64,000 nt of DNA, from NCBI GenBank assembly GCA_002633005.1, contig NMRA01000192.1, forward strand, positions 62,001-126,000, given 5' to 3'. Shown here one piece after another: positions 13,801 to 23,400 of this stretch. Made by a program: the position numbers and the translations under genes. The stretch is from Phoronis australis. Taxonomy: Eukaryota; Animalia; Phoronida. The notes under the pieces were generated by a model. It was not told where the DNA came from. It saw nothing but the letters and a program-made list of their open reading frames with translations, and searched no databases. Every line of letters begins with the position of its first letter. Position 1 is the stretch's first letter.

Positions 13801-16518
13801 TAAGCTCACATAATGACCATGGTTTTTTAGTAAAATTTAGGAAAACAGAAAGGTACATTCATAGCAAAACAACAGGATCAAACACAAGACCAAATTTCGT
13901 AATACAAAAATTTTCAATTAGATAAAATCTCAAAAATGCTGTACTAAATTATCATTTTCGTTTTCTGCAACTTTAATCTTTTAACAAAAATCGCATAAGC
14001 TCTATTTTTTATAGCCCCTCATGCAAAAGTGAAACATTTTAAAAACAATTCCCAAGAGCATTTTGAAGAAAAGTGCATCAAGCATAGTATCTGAAACTTT
14101 CATGTGAATCCGTTCAGCCACATCTGAGATGTGATGTTCCGAAGTTGGTAAAACTGAGCATTTCTCTCAGGTCCTACATAAACAGCACTACACACTAATA
14201 AAATTCTACCTAATCATGCAGAAAAACTTGCCCAACACAAATCACTAAGTGCTCTAAATTGACATTACTGATATAAGCACTGAAGCAATACAACGCTGTT
14301 GAAAATTCTGCCAATGTAACCTATGATAAGTGCTGAGAACCTGGTATTCAGCATACATTACATGATCACCAGAGTAGAGTATTTACTACCTTTCATATCT
14401 GTAGCACCGTTAGATCCAGGCACAGGCTTTTTGTCCCCAGACCCGTCACTGACACCTTGAGTTTCGACGACCTCATAGAAAAACTTGTCGGGAAGTAGGC
14501 CAAAGATATCGCCCACCTGCAGCACCTGGCTCTGATCTTTTGAAACAATCGACTTCTCACCCTCGCCATGTTTTCTGTAGAAGCAAGGATTGTTGTGTGT
14601 CTGTAAAGAAAATGTGTTTTGTTAATGGGAGACTTTCAAACAGCGACATGGCGACTGGTCACATGGGACCGGATGCCAGTGACCTCTAGAGGACGAAGAG
14701 GCATTCTACAACTTTTGCGTAAAGCATATTCTGTGTAATCACATAAAATGCTAAAGGAACTTTTCACAAAGTCAAACTGTTCCCCTCTGGCACATGCTGC
14801 GAAGACAAAATAACATCTGGTTCGGCGAAAATGATTCCCGCAAATCACTAAACCATGTCCAGTAAATATTCTGCAGTGCTGGTGAGCAACACTGCAAGAA
14901 CCTGGCTATGTGTGCCTGGGAGTTACGTCATTAGTGTCAAGGTCATACAGTTCTAGAATTTGTTGTTTTCATAATTACAAGTTGTTTATGAAAACAAGTT
15001 AGCATGGGATGTAAATCAACATAGTGTTGCTGTTTAATTCCTGCCATACTTTAGCATTCACCTTTAAGGGTTGGATAAAGTTTGCAACGAAGTAGTGGTT
15101 TTATGCGATAATGACTAATTTATAATAACATTTGAATATATATGATTTCAGACAACATTTTACTTAATTTAAAAAATGTTTTTGTGTCAAGGGCTTCTTA
15201 CTAAAACACTCAAAATAGCGTGCGGCATCAAATTTCACAAGTCAATTGAGACCTTGAGCTGAAATAACTTAAAAACCTAGTCGGTAATGCCATATCTGTC
15301 TCTAATGTCACACCAAACACGTGCGACATCAAAGAAAGACAATAAAGTGAAATTCTTAATGGAGAAATTTTTGTGTAAAAGTCAAAAACACTCAAATTTG
15401 AAGTGCTCAAAATAAATCGGTAAAAATCAGTAAACCCAGAAATATAATTAATGCCGTTAAAATATAACAGTGACATAATACAACAAAATTAATTTGGCTA
15501 CAAAATAATTTTAATCATTAACTTAATTAGAGGTGGCCTATGTTTAAGCAGCTGTAACAGAAAAACTAATTCCGTCACCCCCCCCACCCCTCTGGACTAT
15601 TTTGTGATACGCAGAAGGCAAAATCGAAATTACAAAATATGAAAACCAACAATAAATTAAAACTGTTTCGTATCCCTTTAAAGCCAAAATGGATCAAATC
15701 AGCTCCTTAGTCCTGACACTTTAAGTTCATCAACAGATTCCAATCACTAGGAAATCAAACATGTCACGCGACACACTGGCACAAATTACTTCAAATATTA
15801 TCCTATTTACATACGGAAGTTAAGACAAGATTTCCATCTTCATCTGTAGATATTTCGGCGTGGTTCCTGGATACTTTCTTGTCAGCAATCTAAAAGATAA
15901 CATTTAGCAACCAGTGAATTACTTGTAGAATTGCTTGAAGCTACTTTATGAAGATGCATAGCCAACACATTCCATTGCCTGTTAAAAATTATAATTAAAA
16001 TATAGAAACTACCAAAATTTTCAAGCTTTAATTAAAGCTAATCATGTCTCTGGTCACCTATCCTTCAACCCATTTTATGGAAACAAAGTTCAGTGGTAGA
16101 ACAATTTGAAGACTCTGCATTTTGATCCACTCTGTAGGGAGTACAAAACCAGGTGCCTCAATCCAGTAGTAATGCTTCATTACATGAAGTAATTCGCCAC
16201 GACCTGTGACTGTTGTTTCACTGAACACCTTGATGTTACCATTCTGTAGGGAGTACACCACCAGGTGCCTCAATCCAGCAGCAATGCTTCATTACCTGAA
16301 GTAACCCCCCTCAACCTATTACTGTTGTTTCACTAGGCACCTTGATATTACCACTCTGTAGGGAGTATATCACCAGGTGTCTTAATACAGCAGTAATGCT
16401 CCTTTACCTGAAGTAATTCCCCTCGACCTATGACTGTTGTTTCACTGGGCACCTTGATGTTGCCACTGGATGCCCCGTCTTCCGTCTCGACTGGCTTCAG
16501 TTCATACGACACAGGCAT
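7849..16518 (-). CDS. APLF: Aprataxin- and PNK-like factor (APLF)-like protein: FHA domain, Ku-binding motif, AT-hooks, acidic motifs, one PBZ zinc finger; ~487 aa
   Basis: Phase-consistent GT-AG exons: 16518-16408 (MPVSYELKPV...TVIGRGELLQ), 15889-15815 (IADKKVSRNHAEI), 14600-14390 (THNNPCFY...GDIFGLLPDKFFYEV), 13577-13507, 12853-12637 (RKLPEWM Ku-binding motif), 10638-10468, 10230-10052, 9635-9531, 9270-9092 (RPQCQYGDRCYR), 8070-7954 (KKNKIHCQQLAHPGDEDW). The terminal exon 7876-7849 (RQNDPEFLE*, CTAAC branch point ~30 nt upstream) is tentative; alternatively the frame reads on to a stop at 7902. FHA and PBZ motifs match APLF family signatures. Confidence 0.82.
8376..8898. mobile_element. ~520 bp MITE, copy 1 (TIR gttacgtaggac...gtcctacataac), in APLF intron
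   Basis: Terminal inverted repeats are visible, and the interior is similar to 13652-14183 (e.g. gtagaatttgatt..gactt.at.ccaat). Confidence 0.7.
11374..11412 (+). other. Degenerate minimal hammerhead-ribozyme motif (Penelope-type pLTR relic)
   Basis: CTGATGA-T-gctc-loop-gagt-GAAA-tgttg, with flanking ttttgc/gtaaaa pairing. It differs from the CGAAACGTTG-type consensus by CpG-type transitions. Confidence 0.35.
11581..12458. repeat. Long inverted repeat (~190 bp diverged arms, ~500 bp spacer) in APLF intron; old TIR element
   Basis: 11581 gaaaattatgagtcgttgcttaacttacttgagatgaaa...ataggttgaatct is the reverse complement of ~12270-12458 (agattcaacctat...ttcatctcaagtaagttcagtaacgactcataattttc). 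Confidence 0.85.
13078..13274. mobile_element. ~200 bp foldback MITE
   Basis: atacaccttgttcatgcagtcgcc...gtgagcct...ttttaggttttaaaaacaatgcattt is mirrored by aaatgcattgtttttaaacctaaaa...aggctcac...ggcgactgcgtgaataaggtgtat. Confidence 0.85.
13652..14183. mobile_element. ~530 bp MITE, copy 2 (TIR ggttatgtaggacc...ggtcctacataaac)
   Basis: TIRs plus internal similarity to 8376-8898. Confidence 0.7.
16127..16467. repeat. Three tandem 112-bp units spanning the 3' end of APLF coding exon 1 and its splice donor
   Basis: Units start at 16127, 16239 and 16351 (cca(c/t)tctgtaggga...caccttgat(g/a)tt). The third unit overlaps the real exon. Confidence 0.9.
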
Positions 16519-16766
16519 GATGTCAGGAAAGACAGCTAGAACTATCAGACACAAAATAAATTAAAGTGACATATATGGTATGGTAGAACATACGGCACTG
16601 AGGAATTTGAGTAACTGCAATTGTATTGATAACAGTCCATCTACTTCTCCAAATTAATAGCAGGCGGAACCATGCTGGATTGCATAAAGTGCATGCAAGT
16701 AACCTTAGACTATCTACAAATAAAAGAGAAGCAGTGAATCCAGGATGTGGAAATTGTATTAGTTCT

Positions 16767-17561
16767 TTAATAGTCTGTTGAAGTTCCTGATTGGAGAACC
16801 TTTTTACACTCACAGACATGCTTACAGATGCTAAATGCACAATTGAAAGATGAGCTCTGCTGAATACAGAAGATCTGATTCTGGGCTAGGTTGCATAAAG
16901 TCGACAACACGAACGTGATGCCCTGGTATCTAATAGCAGTGCTGTCTAGTCTAGTGGGATTTGAACCCACGACCTTTTGACAGTAGGCATAACATATGAT
17001 CATACTAACTCCTCCACATTTTCTATTTAAACAAAATGAACCAAATAAAACCACTGTTAATATATATATCATCTCAATGCAAATGGTTAAAAATGCACCA
17101 ATGTATTACAGTGACTTGTCTCAAAAATAGCCGTCTCTAACATGTTAACAAAGTAGGTCAAATGTAGAAAACAAGTTGTGCTGACAGGACAGCCACCACA
17201 GTACTGACTGTCATATCTTGTAAAGAACCTCCCCTTCAAGTCAAGTTTACTCTTGATTATGCAGATGAGACTGGTATTTAATTGGAAGAGTACAGTATTC
17301 ATTTGTCCAAACCAGAGTTAACTTAGCACACACAGGACAAAAGTGTTGTTGTCAGCGTCATACAGGCAATTTAAAAGTGCAAAATATACCCTCAGTTTAG
17401 ACTCACAAGGTGAAAAAGCAACACCAGATTTTTTCATATGCAAAACAATTGAATATAATTATTGCACCAAAATCTTAAACTTACACTTAAGAAAATTAAC
17501 CATGATAACATACGTTCGAACATACCGTATATTCCATTGTGCGATTTTAAACTGTTAAAGG
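16767..17561. repeat. ~800 bp near-identical direct duplication, copy A (copy B 19144-19952)
   Basis: ttaatagtctgttgaagttcc...aaactgttaaagg is repeated with scattered SNPs and small indels. ORFs 16767..17072 and 19144..19449 are near-identical. Confidence 0.95.
16953..17015 (-). other. Degenerate tRNA-derived (SINE-head-like) sequence; duplicate at 19330-19392
   Basis: The minus strand carries a B-box/T-loop-like GGTCGTGGGTTCAAATCCCAC, but there is no convincing cloverleaf. Confidence 0.4.
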
Positions 17562-19142
17562 TAGGTACGTGACAAAAAAATTCAAATTCTGATTTAATAT
17601 TTAAAAATGCACTGATTTAAAAAATCATCAAAAACAGATTCAAACAAAAAAAAAATTAACAAAATCCGTCGAGCCGTTAACTTTTTATGAATGTTTGAAG
17701 AGCGATAATTAGCCCTTTATTTTAGTCCACTGAATACATAGGAATAAAGCCGTATGTATGTGACCGAAAATTAGTTTTTTCACAATAACTTCCTCAATAC
17801 TTTTAATAACAACGTGAAAATTTCAGGATATGTCAATCCTAGCATTTACTTAGTGAGAGACATTTTTAAGACAACAAAAAATTCCAAATTCCAAAATGGC
17901 GGACAATATGGCCACCATTATGACTGCAAAAACGTCCTATTTTTACGTTAATGAACTATATGGTGCAATATACCATTAACGAACTATATGGTGTAATATA
18001 CCAAATGATAGGTCTTTTCATTGTTTTTTTGAAGAAAATGATGAAAAACATGTTTAGGCAATATTTTCGACATTTCCGCATAGCTGCCAAAATGGCTGCC
18101 AACATTACTGCATTAACGACCACCAGAAGAGATTGATTCAGCAACCATGATGTAAACCTAATATATGAATATTAAAGGTGTTTTCATGAACTGCAAGGAT
18201 ATCATACAATTGTGTTATGCATACATGTTTATTTTGTACAAAATGGCTGCCAAGATGGCTGCCACCCATAACAGAAAAGTAGTTGTAGTAATACAATTTT
18301 ACAAAACAAATGAAACCAAAACGAGATTCATTCAACTTTAAGCACAAACTTTTGCTTGACTGGCAACAACACTACCCAGAGGTTCAAAAGTTCATCTGTA
18401 ACAAATACAAGGGCACACTGAGTGCATCGCACAGAGCACAGATACAAAGGATCCTCATTATTTTAATCCCTCTAGAGGGTGCAATGCGGATGGAGCAAAT
18501 GCACTCGAAACTTTAGGAAATGCAGAATACATCAAATATAAATGAAAATGGGAAGGCATTGTAGTCTCCTAGAACCCTAACTACCAAGTTTCATGAAAAT
18601 CCATCAATGAACTCTAAAGATACACAAGAAAACGTACAAAAAAGTTGCCCTTGGGGGCACACCAACCGATTCCTTTTTTGTTCAGTGGTAACTTTCTGGC
18701 GCTTTATCTGCTGAGTCAAATGCTTGATCTGACATGCTTGAGTAGACTTCAGTGAAGACTTGAGATCATGAATGTTTTTTTTTTCCTTCGAAACATACTG
18801 TAGCTGTCTCTTTAGTTTTTGTTTCCTAGGTGTTAGGGCTTCTCGCTTAGAGGAAGGTGTTGAGGTAGATGGCTCTGATGCAACTGAAGGGCCAGCTTCA
18901 AGCTCTGGTTGTGTCAGCTCAGGAAATACAGGTTCATGGTGGGGGTCAGCAACCGCGCAAGACACAGGTTCTTCACTGGGTTCAGGAACGAGAGGAAACA
19001 ACTCTTCGCACACTTTAAACTGGCACATGCTTCTTTCATTTGAAACTGATTGATACTCTTTAGTGACCTATTCACCAGCGAGTTGATATTGCTTGTAGTA
19101 ATTTTCCAATTACCAATAAGTTCACGTTTTAAAGTTGACACT
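17559..19142. mobile_element. TTAA-inserted DNA transposon (Kolobok-like terminus), truncated at assembly N; carries ORF remnant 18591-19028 (-)
   Basis: Begins TTAA|AGGTAGG exactly where the two duplicate copies diverge. It has reiterated caa(a/g)atggc.g.c motifs and a Pro/Ser-rich then basic coiled-coil ORF (TPRKQKLKRQL). Family assignment rests on the terminus only. Confidence 0.5.
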
Positions 19143-19143
19143 N

Positions 19144-19952
19144 TTAATAGTCTGTTGAAGTTCCTGATTGGAGAACCTTTTTACACTCACAGACATGCTT
19201 ACAGATGCCAAATGCACAATTGAAAGATGAGCTCTGCTGAATACAGAAGATCTGATTCTGGGCTAGGTTGCATGAAGTTGACAACACGAACGTGATGCCC
19301 TGGTATCTCATAGCAGTGCTGTCTAGTCTAGTGGGATTTGAACCCACGACCTTTTGACAGTAGGCATAACATATGATCATACTAACTCCTCCACATTTTC
19401 CATTTAAACAAAATGAACCAAATAAAACCACTGTTAATATATATATCATCTCAATGCAAATGGTTAAAAATGCACCAATGTACTACAGTGACTTGTCTCA
19501 AAATATCTGTCTCTAATATGTTAACAAAGTAGGTCAAATGTAGAAAACAAGTTGTGCTGACAGGACAGCCACCACAGTACTGACTGCCATATCTTGTAAA
19601 GAACCTCCCCTTCTTTTCTCTTCAAGTCAAGTTTACTCTTGATTATGCAGATGAGACTGGTATTTAATTGGAAGAGTACAGTATTCATTTGTCCAAACCA
19701 GAGTTAACTTAGCACACACACAGGACAAGTGTTGTTCACTGTTGTTGTCAGCGTCATACAGGCAATTTAAAAGTGCAGAATATACCCTCAGTTTAGACTC
19801 ACAAGGTGAAAAAGCAACGCCAGATTTTTTCATATGCAAAACAATTGGATATAATTATTGCACCAAAATCTTAAACTTGAACTTAAGAAAATTAACCATG
19901 ATAACATACGTTCGAACATATATTCCATTGTGCGATTTTAAACTGTTAAAGG
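19144..19952. repeat. ~800 bp duplication, copy B, starting immediately after N at 19143
   Basis: See copy A; the start coincides with an assembly N. Confidence 0.95.
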
Positions 19953-20413
19953 GACATGAAGTTAAGACACCGGCATCTTGTTTACGACAAATTCAAATTG
20001 TGAAGATTTTTTCTTTAAATTTGTGTGATTGCAACACATTGCAATGGCCCACGTTAAACTGTTTGAAAAGTAACAGCGCAATCGTACAAACCTTAGTTAT
20101 TCAACAAGGGTTATTTTGTTAAAAATGTGATCACAAATCCTCCATGATGCTCATTTACGACAAAGCTTGACAAAATTAAGCTGAAACGGGAAAGCAATTT
20201 TAATACACATAGACAGTTTTAACAGTTTTTCTACTTCATAGTATCAAAAATATAAATTACAATTCGAATATTTTACCGTATTAGGGAAATTTTGCAGCAT
20301 ATTTTGATTTCTTTTTCACTTTTCTAAACAACTTTTCTAACTTTACGTTACTTGTTTGTATACAATCGTATGTTCTTTTCTTTCGGAGGTAGAAAAGACT
20401 CATTTCTTTGAAT

Positions 20414-23400
20414 ATGGCGGATTTCATGAAATTGGATTTGTATCAAATTCTCAATGTTCCAACCGATGCAAATGAAAAACAGGTACTTGACCAGCGTTAG
20501 TGCAATATCTGCATCTTTGGTAACTTCCGATAGCGTTGTGCACGCACCATTTCGCTTCTGCGGCATCTGACGTAACAGTGGCGCCCGCCACAATAGTAAT
20601 TCTTCGGAAAAAGATTTTTTTCTAAAATATTACATGTACACTGTATGATATTGCGCAAGACAATTTAGCTATACATCAGTTACAAACGTGTAGAGTGTAA
20701 TAGAATGACACGGCATGACAGATGAGGTAAAAACGTTGCACGTCAATTCACCTGAATATCGGGGTTGCGGCACCACAGTATTTCCCCTAATCAAATCAAA
20801 ACTTATCTTAGAGTAAAGAAGCTAATTACCTAAAGAAATCAGCTATAAAACTGATCTTTCAGTGGTGGATCCATCTGAAATGCTTGGCTACTTCAGAAGT
20901 GTCGACGGAAGTGCACGCACAGTTTATCTCCGCGCATTTTGCCGATGAGCCACGAAGACTCACTAATTCACAATGCAAAAAATTATATTTTCAGAGTGAG
21001 CCTCCCTCAATTTTTTCCAAGTTAGTTTACTTGGGCTTTACACACGCTAGCGGTGCCGTTTTTGTTTTGCTGGAGACGTTTTTTTTTATTTTTGGGTCCT
21101 GGCCCGAGGGGGGTTTAAACCCCCTGAACCCCCCCCCCCCGTAGATCCACCACTGTGTAACTCCTGTAACCATAGATTACAGACAACACGACATCGACAG
21201 ATTCGCAACTCCGACACTTTCTTGTGTAGTATCCTAGAGGAGGTGCCGCCCTCCAGTACAATGAAAAAAAATCGACATTAGTTGGTATTTTCATAGACTA
21301 AGACTCCAGAGCATTCAAGCTTAAAATGAAATGTCCAGCGGAGTATGTAAACTGCTATTGAAGTGCGAGATAGATTTTGAGTATGCGTGGCGGTTATTTC
21401 TGGAGTATTAATATGAGCTTTATTTTAGAAGTGTTGTGTGCTCTATATTAATTTTAGGTGTAGATTGATTTCAACTTAAATCTTCTAGAGACGCAAACAA
21501 ATAATAAAGTTCAAACATTCCTGGATTTTATGACAAATCACAATTTAAGACCTTCAATTACATACCCTACACGTCTTAGCCCCACATCAGCAACTTTAAT
21601 AGATAACTTCTTTGTATCAACATCATACGGTCACATACATACACACTCTGCTATTCTTTTCTCTTCGATTTCAGACCACTGTCCTATCTTCATTGCTTCA
21701 AAATCAATAAAGAAACTCCACCCTAAATGCCCTACTTTCGTCTCAAAATATTCTTACACACCGCAAACAAAAACTCACTTTCTCAATGGCTTGCGGAACT
21801 GCAATATCATGGAAAAGCTAGACCGCAGCTTAGATTGTGACCCTAATCACAACTACGCAATTCTCAGTGATGCTTTGACATATCTCACGAAAAAACACTT
21901 TGGTCCAAATAAATGGTATAATAAACACAAACGCGCACTTAACTCGTGGATTACACCTGGTATTTTAATTTTCATTCGTTACGGAGATAAACTGTAGAAA
22001 CAAACCAAGACAAACCCTCGCAACACACAATCCTACACTACATGGCACAAAAATGCAATTGGGGGGTCACTACACAATAGATCACTGCTTACAACACAGG
22101 TAAGTCGAAAGCATGTCTTGACTTCAAGGGCAGGAGATTCGAAGTGTTAAACTGCAGCGACGGATGTCTCAGCCACACACCAGGTGGCGCTCTCTGTAAA
22201 CCCAGCTGGTCTCCGCCGCTCTCCAACAGCGTCATTCTCCGTCAAGACTACAGTCGTGTGGCACTCTAGTCACACAACATTCCCCCTTGTTTAATTTTGA
22301 GGATTCCCACCCAAATCCAAACAACAAGTACGTATCTGTACACCAGCCCAGTTCGGAAACTATCATCAATATTTACACAAGTCTCCAACTGGCTGAAACA
22401 TTAAATTGAACATTTACACTTTTTATTCCAATTAATGCTTACCCCTACTGGGACTCATGAGTTCTCTGTCTCGACTTTCCTCTCTCCAACTCATCTTGTT
22501 GGTGGTGTCTGCCAGGTACGACTTTGGTCGGTTGACCTTGAAAACAACGTCTGCCGTAACCGACTATGGTCGGCTGATCTTGAGTCTGTTCATGCACTCC
22601 AACTCTGGTCGGCTGGACTACGTACTCGGGATACCCGCTGGTCACGACTAAGATGGCGTGGCCTCACTGGTGATCTGGAGGACTGCTGCCTGCAACTGAC
22701 TGTGGTCAGCCGCTCTGAATGATGCCTGCCCTTGCCGACTGATGATCAGAGTGGTGAGCTAGGTCGGTGCCAGTTGGGGTCAGAGGTTTTGGGGTGAAGA
22801 TGCTCGCCTAGACCGACTATGGTCGGCCGGCCTCCTCGGGGATGAGGTATGCCTGGGGCCTTGTCTCGAGCCTCATTGATACGGGCCCCTCCCTGCACGA
22901 CTTCACCCACGACCCGATTGTTGCTGACGATGTGGCTGGGCCGGTCACCCAAGGGGTCCACTACATTCTGAAGGGCTCCCAGTTAGGGTTTTACGAGCAT
23001 TCAATTTTTTAAACTTGGATACGAGGTCGGCAAAATCACTGATCCATATGGCGATGAAATTAACATGATTAGCAGACGGCATACTTGCCAGAAGTAAAAC
23101 TTGCTATGTCTGCCAGGTGTCACTAATGAATAGTCACGTCACAGCTTATGTGTAAGATCACAGATTTTGTCCATTGAAAATGTACGGAGTTGGCGGTCCA
23201 TGTACTGTAACTGTAACTTAGACAGTGACCACTGTCTCTAGCTGGCCCCAGTAGAGACGGTGAAGGTGCTATAGGAACTTCATACGCTGGAAGCTTTTCG
23301 GCTAATTATGCCTCACACTGATAAAAACATCAAAGTCATGTTATAACTACCTTTTGTGCATAGAGGGTCACCTAAGGAGGACGTCGATTTCCTTAATTCC

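Noticed and set aside
16953-17015. Functional tRNA gene
   Set aside because: Only the T-loop/B-box is recognisable; acceptor and D stems cannot be formed.
16767-19449. Duplicated 101-aa gene pair (ORFs 16767..17072 and 19144..19449)
   Set aside because: No recognisable domain; the similarity is explained by the DNA duplication at an assembly N.
22518-22830. CRISPR-like repeat-spacer array
   Set aside because: Repeats are only 14 bp, degenerate and irregularly spaced inside an LTR-element tail; kept only as a motif-array finding.
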